In this document: positions 53,778-63,218 of the stretch, piece by piece
Layout: each line of letters begins with the position of its first letter
How positions within the stretch are numbered: position 1 is the first letter of the stretch
DNA from: an uncultured Ignavibacteriales bacterium
Lineage (GTDB): Bacteria; Zixibacteria; MSB-5A5; GN15; FEB-12
Length of the DNA stretch: 64,000 bases
Assembly: GCA_964416195.1 (NCBI GenBank)
Contig: CAYQDB010000003.1
Location: 8,555-72,554, forward strand
Reading direction: 5' to 3'
Program-made: the position numbers and the translations under genes
Notes under the pieces: generated by a model
Told to the model about the DNA's origin: nothing
What the model saw: the letters and a program-made list of their open reading frames with translations, nothing else
Database searches by the model: none

Positions 53778-55697
53778 ATGCGCATCACTACTAACATGCT
53801 CACCGACCAAGTTGCCTACAATATGCAGCGTAATATCAGGCGCTACATGGAGATACAGACTCAGTTCTCTTCGGGACGAAGGATTAACACCCCGTCGGAC
53901 GACCCTGTCGGGACTCAGCGCGATCTTATGTATCGTACTGAGCTGGCCAAAGGCGAGCAGTACCGCAAAAACATCAGCCAAGGTCAGAATTGGATGCAAT
54001 CGTATGACAGCATCCTCTGCGACCTTAAGGATCTGTTTTCCAGCGGTAAGGAAATCGCGATCGATATGTCCAACGGTATCTACGATAGTGTGGCGCGCGA
54101 AGGTGCGGCCAACGAGATTGAGTCTGCTTTTAACCGACTGATCCAGTTAGCCAACAGTGAACTTGAAGGGAAATTCCTGTTTTCCGGTTTCAGGACCAGC
54201 ACGAAAGCTATCGTGGCTTCTGCCAATGGCGTGGTTTACGGAGGAGACGAGGGCCGGATTGAGTTCCAGATTGACTCCTCTTCACGCATGGGAGTCAACT
54301 TGACGGCTCAGGATGTTTTCCTTGCCTCTCTGTCTGTTATAGGCCAGAACGCTGATCTGAACCCGGTGATTATCAGTTCCACCTCATTGTCGGACCTCCA
54401 TAACGGGCAGGGAGTCGATCAGAGTCCAGGCACCTTTACCATTACCGATCAGAACCTGGGTATCGTTTCCACCATCGACGTGAGCGCCGCTGTCGATATC
54501 AATGACGTTCTCGCAACCATAAATACCCAACTGGCTGCCGACGGAATCACTAACCTTCAGGCTACGATCGGCCAGGAGAAGAACAATATCCTGCTGGATA
54601 CGACTCAGAACGGTCTCATATCGAACGTGACGACTCTGGACAAACTGAATAGCGGGACCGGTATTGACCTAACCCCCGGGAAGATACTCGTGACCGATGG
54701 TGGAACCATCAACGCCACGATCGATTTCTCTGGTTCTACTACCATCGGGGATATCATCACGGCCTTCAATACCCAATTGGCGGCGCAGGGAGCAGCCAAT
54801 GTCACCATGCAGATAAATGCCGCCAACACTGGCTTGGAGATCATTGACTCCAACGGGGCGCCGCTTGGTTTGAGCATTATGGAGGCTGACCTATCTGAGA
54901 ACACTGCCTCCAACCTCGGCATCCTGGGCGATGTCGATCCCATCCTGGTAGGGGGCGATCTTGACCCGGTAGTCAGCTTCAAAGTTGAAGAGATCACAGG
55001 CACAACGGCTACCGATCTGGGAATCATAGGCGAGTTTTCCGGGGATTTCGCCGGTACGGACCTTGACCCATTATTGCTTGCCACTTCGAACATAGCGGAT
55101 CTAAATGCCGGTGGTGGCTATGAGCTCGGTGAGATTGTCATATGCCAGGGGGATACCAGCCGAACTATTGATCTCTCCAGCCTCGCAATTGTCACTGTGC
55201 AGGACATACTGGATGCCATCAATGGTTGCGGCCTGGACATCACTGCCTCTATTAACGCCAATGGACAAGGTATTCAGATTGTCAACGATGATCCTACCCG
55301 ATCGTTAACCGTTGAGGACGTCCCCGGTGGCAGAACAACGAAGGATTTGGGAATCTTCGGCTCAAGTGACATGATGGGAACAATGCTGGTCCTCATGAAC
55401 TCCCTGCGCAACGATGATCAGGAAGGTACCGGACTGCTGTTACAGAACCTGGATGACAGCATGCAGCACTTGTTGAATCAGCGTGCGTCAGTGGGCGCCA
55501 AAGCTATGCGTCTCGAGGGTACCCACGCTCGTCTGGTGGATCTCGACATGAGCTTTATTAAGCTGCTCAGCGAAGTGGAGGACGCTGATATCACCAAGTT
55601 GGTCACGGACTTGGCAACCTACGAAAACAATTACAAAGCCTCGCTGATAGCAAGCTCCAAGATTATACAGTCGTCGCTATTGGATTTTCTGGAGTAG
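53778..55697 (+). CDS. flgL: flagellar hook-associated protein 3 FlgL, expanded (639 aa) with internal repeat modules
   Basis: Flagellin-type N-terminus (MRITTNM...SSGRRINTPSDDP) and C-terminus (RASVGAKAMRLE). The central part has three modules of about 75 aa with Flagellin_IN-like motifs. Confidence 0.8.
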   Translation: MRITTNMLTDQVAYNMQRNIRRYMEIQTQFSSGRRINTPSDDPVGTQRDLMYRTELAKGEQYRKNISQGQNWMQSYDSILCDLKDLFSSGKEIAIDMSNGIYDSVAREGAANEIESAFNRLIQLANSELEGKFLFSGFRTSTKAIVASANGVVYGGDEGRIEFQIDSSSRMGVNLTAQDVFLASLSVIGQNADLNPVIISSTSLSDLHNGQGVDQSPGTFTITDQNLGIVSTIDVSAAVDINDVLATINTQLAADGITNLQATIGQEKNNILLDTTQNGLISNVTTLDKLNSGTGIDLTPGKILVTDGGTINATIDFSGSTTIGDIITAFNTQLAAQGAANVTMQINAANTGLEIIDSNGAPLGLSIMEADLSENTASNLGILGDVDPILVGGDLDPVVSFKVEEITGTTATDLGIIGEFSGDFAGTDLDPLLLATSNIADLNAGGGYELGEIVICQGDTSRTIDLSSLAIVTVQDILDAINGCGLDITASINANGQGIQIVNDDPTRSLTVEDVPGGRTTKDLGIFGSSDMMGTMLVLMNSLRNDDQEGTGLLLQNLDDSMQHLLNQRASVGAKAMRLEGTHARLVDLDMSFIKLLSEVEDADITKLVTDLATYENNYKASLIASSKIIQSSLLDFLE

Positions 55698-55718
55698 GCC
55701 AGATTAAGGACAGAGATT

Positions 55719-56198
55719 ATGCTTGTACAAACTGTGCGATTTGGGCAGCTTGAGGTTCCTGAGAGCAAGTTGATCAGAATGCAGAAGCCGATACTGGGCT
55801 TTGAACGTCTTGGCCTTTACTGCCTGGTCGAGAGAGAGGAGTTTCGGCCGTTTCTCTGGCTGCAGTCGGTGGAGGATCCGGCGGTCGCTTTCGTTGTGGT
55901 CAACCCCCTTGTGTTCTTCGCAGATTACCGAATTGAAGTGCATTCCAACGAGCTTGCTGAGCTGATGATTACCCACACCGATCGTGTGGAGACGTATGTC
56001 ATTGTTACGATACCTGAGGATCCTACTCAGATGTCCGCCGATCTGCAGGGTCCGATTGTGATCAATACCGAAAACAACCGAGCTAAACAACTGGTGCTGG
56101 TCAACTCGGACTACCATATTGCGCACAGTATCTTCGATGCCATCCAGGGTGCAGGTGCGCCGGTAGTGGCGGTAGAAAAAGAGCCTGTCGGTGTCTGA
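55719..56198 (+). CDS. fliW: flagellar assembly factor FliW
   Basis: FGQLEV.ES.LI.....ILGFE.L......E......FLWLQS.ED..VAFVVVNP. About 150 aa. Confidence 0.9.
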   Translation: MLVQTVRFGQLEVPESKLIRMQKPILGFERLGLYCLVEREEFRPFLWLQSVEDPAVAFVVVNPLVFFADYRIEVHSNELAELMITHTDRVETYVIVTIPEDPTQMSADLQGPIVINTENNRAKQLVLVNSDYHIAHSIFDAIQGAGAPVVAVEKEPVGV

Positions 56199-57939
56199 AT
56201 CTCCACTGGGCTCAGTCCGAAAGGACAGTGCCCAACAAAAAGGGACGGAGCATACCCACAAAGCTAAACAACTTGGAAATCGGAATTCCAGTATGGAGCG
56301 AACCGACGGCAAAATGGAACAGACCGACCAGCTCCCTGCAGACCTTTCAGTCGAGGAGCTCACGCGTCGGGCGAATACCTATCTTGAGAAGAATGACTTA
56401 ACACAGGCCTATCCCTATGTCTCCCGTCTGGCTGAGCACGAGGCATCCCAGCCGCAAGCGGCCGTTACTGCTGGCCTGATGGCGCTGACGCTTGGCAAGA
56501 AGGACGAAGCGGCAAAACAGTTCCGGTGCGCCAGAGACCGAGCTCCAGACAACTTCGATGCCAACTACAATCTTGCCCTGCTGGACATGATCGAAGGTAA
56601 TTACGATGAAGCTGTAATCATTCTTCAGTCCTTAGTTCGGCTCCAGTCGGACAACGCCGCTTTGCACAACGACCTTGCCGTTGTCTTGATGAACAAGGAA
56701 GAGTCCCAAGGAGCGCTCCGGTCGTTCGAAAAAGCTCTACGTCTGGACCCGAACTTTGCCAAGGCCCGCCGGAATAGTATGCAGTTCGTTTTGAGAAAGG
56801 GTCTTTTTGACGAGGGCAGACACCTCCTTCAGATTAACGCTAATCATCCCCAAGTCTCAGAGGCATCTCTGGCGGATATCAAAAGGTGGCGCAGCGCCAT
56901 TGACCAATCGTCTCCTGGCTCACATGTCGCTGAGTCCAGTGAAACCAAGCCTGCGCTAATGTCTGAATCCTGTAACGGACGTCTGAAAGGTAAAAAGATC
57001 GCCTTTTTTGCTAGCCAGCGGACTTTCATAAAAGACATCATTGCGCGCTTGTCGAAGGAAAACGAAGCCCGGATATTCGGAGGCGAGTCGCTGCAGGAGA
57101 TGAAAGACCTGATGGCTTGGGCCGATCTCACCTGGTTCGAGTGGTGTGATTCCCTGATAATTGAAGCAACCAAGCATCCGAAGCTGTGCCCGATCATATG
57201 CCGACTGCACAGCTACGAAGCCTTCACGGATATGCCGAGCAAGGTAGACTGGAGCAAGGTTGACAGGTTGGTGTTCGTCAATGAATCGGTTAAGGAGATA
57301 TTTCAACGCCAGGTGCGTACCAATGTCCCTGTCAGCATCGTTCATAATGGCGTTGACATCAACAGGTTTAACATTCCCGCTGACAAAGAGTATGGAAAGA
57401 AGATAGCTTCGGTAGGTTATATCAATTACAAGAAGAATCCGGCTTTGCTGCTATATTGTTTCAAAAAGATACATGCCTATGATTCCGAATACAGCCTTCA
57501 CATTGCCGGACAACATCAAGACTCCCGCATCCAACTCTATTTTGAGCACTTCCTGCGCAAAAACCCACTTCCAGTGCGTTTTCACGGCTGGATTGATGAC
57601 ATGCCAGCATGGTATGCGGACAAAGACTATGTCATCTCAACCTCTCTGTTTGAATCGTTCCATTATTCAATTGCCGAGGGAATGGCCTCGGGATTGATGC
57701 CGCTCATTCATGACTGGTACGGTGCCAAAGGGGTCTATCCGCAGGAGTTTCTTTTCACTGATCCCGACGAATGTCTCAGCCTGTTGAAGCGCCAAGAGAA
57801 GCTCGAGAAACATCAATTAGCTCAGGAGAACCGGCGGTTCATTGTGGAACGTTATAACCAGGCTGATAAGTACAGACAGATAGAAGAGCAATTAGCTCTG
57901 GTAATAGAAAACAGCCATGCCGAACTATCGATGTTATAA
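56191..57939 (+). CDS. TPR-repeat protein fused to GT-B (GT4-like) glycosyltransferase; candidate flagellin glycosyltransferase
   Basis: N-terminal TPRs. The C-terminal ESFHYSIAE (E-x7-E) motif is followed by GMASGLMPLIHD. Start is uncertain: GTG 56191 or ATG 56293. Confidence 0.7.
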   Translation: MSESPLGSVRKDSAQQKGTEHTHKAKQLGNRNSSMERTDGKMEQTDQLPADLSVEELTRRANTYLEKNDLTQAYPYVSRLAEHEASQPQAAVTAGLMALTLGKKDEAAKQFRCARDRAPDNFDANYNLALLDMIEGNYDEAVIILQSLVRLQSDNAALHNDLAVVLMNKEESQGALRSFEKALRLDPNFAKARRNSMQFVLRKGLFDEGRHLLQINANHPQVSEASLADIKRWRSAIDQSSPGSHVAESSETKPALMSESCNGRLKGKKIAFFASQRTFIKDIIARLSKENEARIFGGESLQEMKDLMAWADLTWFEWCDSLIIEATKHPKLCPIICRLHSYEAFTDMPSKVDWSKVDRLVFVNESVKEIFQRQVRTNVPVSIVHNGVDINRFNIPADKEYGKKIASVGYINYKKNPALLLYCFKKIHAYDSEYSLHIAGQHQDSRIQLYFEHFLRKNPLPVRFHGWIDDMPAWYADKDYVISTSLFESFHYSIAEGMASGLMPLIHDWYGAKGVYPQEFLFTDPDECLSLLKRQEKLEKHQLAQENRRFIVERYNQADKYRQIEEQLALVIENSHAELSML

Positions 57940-57944
57940 AAGGA

Positions 57945-60659
57945 ATGTGTATGAGCAGGTCGAAAGGTAAAAGCAGCCGAAGACGAAAGCTGCCTAAGAA
58001 AAGCAGCAATCGGGAGCGAAAGTTGAGGAAAGAGTTTCCTCCCGAATCACTTGATACTCTTCTAGCTGCCGTCCGGACGAACCCGGATGACATCCTGGCC
58101 CGATTGGAACTGGGTGAGTACTATTTGAGAAACGACCTGGAAGAAAAGATTCTTGACGCTATTGCCAACCTCGAGAGACAGTATCCTTTTCCCAATCGGT
58201 TCACACGTGGGTACTACAACCGGCTACTGGCTTTTGGCTATGCCCATCGCAATCAGTTTGTTGAGGCTGAGGAAGCGGCCCGCCGGGGAGTCGAGGAGTA
58301 CCCCGACTCGCTGGATTTCTATTTCGTACTTAGTTATGTCCACTTGTCGCTGAAAGAAGTTGATCGGACCATAGAGCAGGCGGAGCGCTTTGTTTCCATA
58401 TGGAATAAGATTAAGCAGGGGCGTCTGTCGCCGACAGATTTCAGCTTCACGGGCCGGGATATAACACAGTTGTATAACATCCTTGCCACCGCCTACCGTG
58501 ATAAAGGGGATGTGTCACAGGCTCGTCGATATTATGAGAAGGCAATCAAAGCTGACCCCGGCAACCACCTGCCATATACCAACCTTGCCAATCTGCTCAA
58601 ACAATATGGTGAGCTTGACAGAGCCGAAGAAATCATCCGGCGCGGTTTGTCACAATGCCGTCAAATAAATGAGTTGCGCATGATCGCCGGGTCGCTCGAG
58701 CACAAGGCGGCTGTTTCAGCCTGTATGATAGTCAAGAATGAAGAGGAACTGCTACCGGGTTGCCTTGAGTCAATACGGGACTGGATTGACGAGCTTATTG
58801 TCGTCGATACAGGTTCGACCGACCGTACGGTCGAGATTGCTGAATCCTACGGTGCTCATGTCTTTCATCAATCCTGGGAGGGCGATTTCTCCAAACATCG
58901 CAACTTCTCCATCGCCCAGGCTACCCGTGAGTGGGTTTTCATCATCGATGCCGACGAGTGTATTTATCAAGAAGATGTTTCCCTTATCAAGAAAGTTCTG
59001 AACCAACAAGACTATAATATCATCTCCATAAATGTTTTCAACGTTACCGGTAAGAACGAAGAGCAGGTTACTTTCCTGCCCTCTATCCGGTTCTTCAGGA
59101 GGAACCTGGGCTTAAAGTATGAAGGAATTGTCCACAATCTCCTGCTTCCCCCGGCTGACCAACCCATAATGCGAGCCGGCATCAGGCTGAAGCACTATGG
59201 GTACGGACTGTCGCCGGAGAAAATGAAAGCCAAGATGTCTCGCTCTAAGGAGCTGTTGGAAAAACAGATAACGGAAAATCCCAACAATTCCTTTGCCTTG
59301 TTCAATTATGCCCAGTTGCTGCGTGGGGAGGGAGTAGAGGGCCGCCCTGAAAATGCCTCAAAGATCATCGAAGCGGCAGGCCGTGCATTGGAACTAACTC
59401 ACCCTGATATCGCCTCCGAGCGCCATATTCACATCATGGCTCATCACCAGCTTGCCTGGGTCTACTTTGTCCTCGGCAAGTACGAGAAAGCTGAACGGTA
59501 TTGCTTCGATGTTCTCCTATTCAAACCTGACTATCTGGACGCCCTGCTTCTGCTGGGGCATATCTACCTGAGGCAAGAGTTCTTCGACAAAGCGGAACAG
59601 TATTATCGGAAGTACATTGAAGCTCAGAGAAAATACAATGAGACCTGTGAGGTCGACAACATCATCATTCTCAACCCGCGCAGCCTGCCTGCCGCCTACT
59701 ACGGCCTCGGGTTGGCGGCGGAACATACGGGCGATTTGGAAAAAGCCGGGCAGCACTATCGCAGGACATTTCAACTGTCTCCGGGGTATATGGATGTCAG
59801 TTTTCGCCTTGGCCGGTTATATTTGATCGACCATGACTATGGGGAAGCGGAACGATGCTTCTTAAAGCAGTTGGAATTGGATGAGAAGTCGCACCAGGCT
59901 GTAGTTGGGCTGGCCGATCTATATTTCGCCCAGAAGAACTTTGAAAAAGCAGAAGAATACTATCAACGGGCTCTCGAGATCAGCCCAACAGATAATGCCT
60001 CGCTCATAAGATACGGCCATTTCCTCCTGGAGAGGGGGGAGAAAAATCGGGCTGTCGAGATGTTCAAGAAAGCAGCCGAGTCCGCCGGTTCCCCAGGAAA
60101 GGCTGAGCGTTACTTAGCTGAAACCTACTTCCGGCAGAACCGCTTTGAAGAGGCTGCCGACGTTTATCGGAAGCTACTGGAAGTCGAGCAAGATGACGGC
60201 GAGATCCTAAACGATCTGGGTAACTGCTATTACAAGTCCGGTCAGTGGGAAGAGGCGGAAGATCAGTATTTGCAGGCCATTGAGTCTCCTTCGGTTCTGG
60301 CTGTCGCCTATCGGAATCTGGGACTGGCCCGGGTGAAGCTCGGCAAACTCAATGAGGCCATTGTCGCCCTTGAGAAGTATGTTGAGCTGGATCCTGAGCA
60401 ACGCGATATCTACCATATTATAGGCGACCTCTATTCCAGACTGAGCGAGTACGACCTCGCAATCCCTTACTACGAGAGGTTTCTCCAGGCCTGTCCCAGT
60501 GACCCGCTGGCCCTGTACCACCTGTCGGAGTGCTATCTTAACATGGGACATAGAGATTCAGCCCTTCTTGGGTATCGCCGTGTTCTCGAGCTGGATAGCA
60601 GTTTCAAGCCGGCTCAAAAGCGGCTGGTCGAGCTGGCAGAGCTGGCCACCAAAGCCTGA
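57945..60659 (+). CDS. TPR - GT2 glycosyltransferase - TPR protein; candidate flagellin glycosyltransferase
   Basis: SACMIVKNEEELL..CLESI....DELIVVDTGSTDRT and IIDADE (DxD), flanked by many TPR units. Confidence 0.8.
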   Translation: MCMSRSKGKSSRRRKLPKKSSNRERKLRKEFPPESLDTLLAAVRTNPDDILARLELGEYYLRNDLEEKILDAIANLERQYPFPNRFTRGYYNRLLAFGYAHRNQFVEAEEAARRGVEEYPDSLDFYFVLSYVHLSLKEVDRTIEQAERFVSIWNKIKQGRLSPTDFSFTGRDITQLYNILATAYRDKGDVSQARRYYEKAIKADPGNHLPYTNLANLLKQYGELDRAEEIIRRGLSQCRQINELRMIAGSLEHKAAVSACMIVKNEEELLPGCLESIRDWIDELIVVDTGSTDRTVEIAESYGAHVFHQSWEGDFSKHRNFSIAQATREWVFIIDADECIYQEDVSLIKKVLNQQDYNIISINVFNVTGKNEEQVTFLPSIRFFRRNLGLKYEGIVHNLLLPPADQPIMRAGIRLKHYGYGLSPEKMKAKMSRSKELLEKQITENPNNSFALFNYAQLLRGEGVEGRPENASKIIEAAGRALELTHPDIASERHIHIMAHHQLAWVYFVLGKYEKAERYCFDVLLFKPDYLDALLLLGHIYLRQEFFDKAEQYYRKYIEAQRKYNETCEVDNIIILNPRSLPAAYYGLGLAAEHTGDLEKAGQHYRRTFQLSPGYMDVSFRLGRLYLIDHDYGEAERCFLKQLELDEKSHQAVVGLADLYFAQKNFEKAEEYYQRALEISPTDNASLIRYGHFLLERGEKNRAVEMFKKAAESAGSPGKAERYLAETYFRQNRFEEAADVYRKLLEVEQDDGEILNDLGNCYYKSGQWEEAEDQYLQAIESPSVLAVAYRNLGLARVKLGKLNEAIVALEKYVELDPEQRDIYHIIGDLYSRLSEYDLAIPYYERFLQACPSDPLALYHLSECYLNMGHRDSALLGYRRVLELDSSFKPAQKRLVELAELATKA

Positions 60660-60707
60660 GGACTATCGGGCGCTGTTTTTTTCCTCAACCCCTCTCTCTG
60701 TTACCGG

Positions 60708-60734
60708 TTAAGCTGCTCAGTATTCTGCCGATTA
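60708..60734 (+). promoter_or_regulatory. sigma28 (FliA)-type promoter TTAA-N15-GCCGATTA upstream of fliC
   Basis: Compared by eye with the consensus TAAA-N15-GCCGATAA. Lies about 205 nt upstream of the flagellin ATG. Confidence 0.5.
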
Positions 60735-60940
60735 AGAACTTAGAAAAACCTTAATAAGGAAATGAGGGAAACTCAAAACCAAACAAAGGAGGAAAAGAAA
60801 CAAGTTTGTTGAGGGGTTAAATGGACCGTTAACTCGGGGCAACTACTCTAGACATTGGAAGTGACATATGTTGAGTATGTAACCAAAAACAAAGGGGGTG
60901 TATGATGAGACGTTAAAACAGTTCAAGGAGGAATGAGCAT

Positions 60941-63112
60941 ATGGCACTTCGTATTAACCACAACCTGGCAGCTCTCAATGCCCACCGGAACCTGGTGACT
61001 ACCACCAACAGTCTGTCGGCATCGATGGAGAAGCTGTCTTCTGGTTTTCGTATCAACAAGGGGTCGGACAATCCGGCCGGCTTGGTCATATCCGAGCAGT
61101 TCCGCGCGCAGATAGCGGGCCTGAATCGCGCCATTGAAAACTCCGAGGGATCAATAGACATGATCCAGACGGCTGAGGGCGCTCTCACAGAAATCAGCAA
61201 CCTGTTGATCTCCATGAGAGAGCTGGCCATTCATGCCGCGAACGAAGGTTTCAACGATGCCGATCAGCTGGCTGCCGACCAGGCTGAAATTGACAATGCG
61301 ATCAAGACAATTGACCGTATCGCAGCCAACACTCAGTTTGGCACAAAGAAGCTCATTGATGGTTCTAAGGCCAACATCGCTACCGTCACCAGCGCCAATG
61401 CCTCGCAGGCGACAATTTATCAGTCGAGTCTTACCACTGGTATTCACTCCATCAGTGCGACCAAGACTGCCGATCCGACGGCTACGTTGAATACCACGTC
61501 GCTGGGTCTCAGCCTGGCCAATACCGACGGCGACCCCTATAATCTGGAAGAGAAGATCCACAATCTCGACGTTGTGCAGGCTTCCGACGTTGCCAAGAAA
61601 ACGTCTGACCAGGTTACTATCGCCGACGCTTGGGGCAACAACCTGACCATCGCCACCACCGCCACTTACGCCCAGATTACGTCTGCTGCCGCTCTCGCTG
61701 TTGCAACGGCTTCGCACGTGGGCACCTACACGGTCGTCTTCAACTATCAGGAAAGCGGCGAAGCGGTCACGGGCGAGCAGACGATCCAGGTAGCTGTTGA
61801 GGTTGGCGATGACGCTAACACCATCGCTTCTAAGTTCAGCACCCAGATCGCTCTGAATACCGCCCTTGCCGGGAAGGTCCAGGCGAGTGGTACCGCTGGT
61901 GCTGGCAATAGCCTGTTTTTCACAGCGGCCAACGCCGGTGCGCAATTCTCGATGAAGACGAATACTTCGACAACGGATGCTTCCAGTGCACTGTTCTCTA
62001 TCACTTCCCAGTCCTCGCGTGGTTACTCCGGGCGTGATTTGAGCCTCACGGCTACGACCGTCAAGAATAGCTCCGTAACCCAAACGGTAACGCTTGCTTC
62101 CGGTACTTACTCCTCTCTATCCTCGCTTGTGTCAGCTCTTGATACGGCGCTGCTGACTGCCTTTGCTACAGTCTCAGGCGGCACGATAGCCGACGTTGAT
62201 GCGTTGGTCGTCAACAGCAACCAAATACAGCTTGCTACCTGGGATGAAGGCTCTGACTACAAGATCAAGTTGAACACCGTTGGCGGCGGCACTGGCGACC
62301 TCGAGAACGTGCTGCAGCTCACGCCGGATACTTTGGCCAGCAGTGGCACCGATGCACTGGTGAGTTTTGACAACTATACTACCAGCGTAACCAGCGTGAA
62401 ATATGGTTCGACCACCCAGGTTACAATCGGTAGCAAGGCTAGCGGAGAAACCGGCAGAGGCACTGTCAAACTCACGATTTCCAACGCTCAGGTTGGCGTG
62501 AATGTCGGTAACCTGTTACTGGATGTGAAAGCGGCGCGGTTTGACGTCCGTCTTGACGGCGGTCCGGCCACTGCGGTCACGGGAGGCGTGAAGACTAATA
62601 TCTTTAATGCCGACCGTAGCCAATCGCTGATTGTGAAGTACGACTTGGCGTCTACAGGTGGAACGGAAACGATCAATAACACCGATCAGTCTCTTGTTTT
62701 CCAGATTGGCGCCAACGTCGGTCAGACGGCGCGAATTGGCCTGCGCAATATGAGCGCCTCCTCATTGGGCAAGAACCTGCCCGGCAATTTGTACACCTCT
62801 CTTGCCGGGATTGATGTGACCACGGTTCAGGGAGCCCAGGATGCGCAGGCGGTAGTCGATGCCGCCATCAATGAGGTATCTACAACACGTGGTACCCTGG
62901 GTACCTTCCAGAAGAATACGCTGGAATCCAACTTGAGAAACCTCCGGATTGCCTCACAGAACCTGACTGCATCCGAATCCCGAATCCGCGATACGGATAT
63001 GGCGAAGGAGATTTCGAACTTCACCAAGAACCAGATCCTGCTTCAGGCCGGTACCGCTATGCTGGCCCAAGCTAACCAGGTTCCACAAGTTGTTCTCTCC
63101 CTCTTCGGTTAA
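60941..63112 (+). CDS. fliC: flagellin (723 aa, large Ser/Thr/Ala-rich central domain)
   Basis: N-terminal MALRINHNLAALNAHRNL...SSGFRINKGSDNPAGL. C-terminal QILLQAGTAMLAQANQVPQVVLSLFG. Confidence 0.9.
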   Translation: MALRINHNLAALNAHRNLVTTTNSLSASMEKLSSGFRINKGSDNPAGLVISEQFRAQIAGLNRAIENSEGSIDMIQTAEGALTEISNLLISMRELAIHAANEGFNDADQLAADQAEIDNAIKTIDRIAANTQFGTKKLIDGSKANIATVTSANASQATIYQSSLTTGIHSISATKTADPTATLNTTSLGLSLANTDGDPYNLEEKIHNLDVVQASDVAKKTSDQVTIADAWGNNLTIATTATYAQITSAAALAVATASHVGTYTVVFNYQESGEAVTGEQTIQVAVEVGDDANTIASKFSTQIALNTALAGKVQASGTAGAGNSLFFTAANAGAQFSMKTNTSTTDASSALFSITSQSSRGYSGRDLSLTATTVKNSSVTQTVTLASGTYSSLSSLVSALDTALLTAFATVSGGTIADVDALVVNSNQIQLATWDEGSDYKIKLNTVGGGTGDLENVLQLTPDTLASSGTDALVSFDNYTTSVTSVKYGSTTQVTIGSKASGETGRGTVKLTISNAQVGVNVGNLLLDVKAARFDVRLDGGPATAVTGGVKTNIFNADRSQSLIVKYDLASTGGTETINNTDQSLVFQIGANVGQTARIGLRNMSASSLGKNLPGNLYTSLAGIDVTTVQGAQDAQAVVDAAINEVSTTRGTLGTFQKNTLESNLRNLRIASQNLTASESRIRDTDMAKEISNFTKNQILLQAGTAMLAQANQVPQVVLSLFG

Positions 63113-63130
63113 GAAACAACAATACCGCGT

Positions 63131-63160
63131 TTCCGGGGGAAGGTAAAACTTCCCCCGGAA
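63131..63160 (+). terminator. strong hairpin downstream of fliC (terminator or mRNA stabiliser; no U-tract)
   Basis: ttccgggggaag-gtaaaa-cttcccccggaa, a 12-bp perfect stem beginning 19 nt after the stop. Confidence 0.5.
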
Positions 63161-63218
63161 ATAGGAAGTTGTTGCATAGGGTAGAGTGACATTGAGGTTG
63201 TGAGCTACAGGAGTAGAT

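Noticed and set aside
60651-60682. Intrinsic terminator after the GT2 gene (T7 run at 60676-60682)
   Set aside because: The preceding stem (gcctg...cgggc) is only 4-5 bp with a mismatch. This is too weak to call, although termination here would fit the separate sigma28 promoter of fliC.
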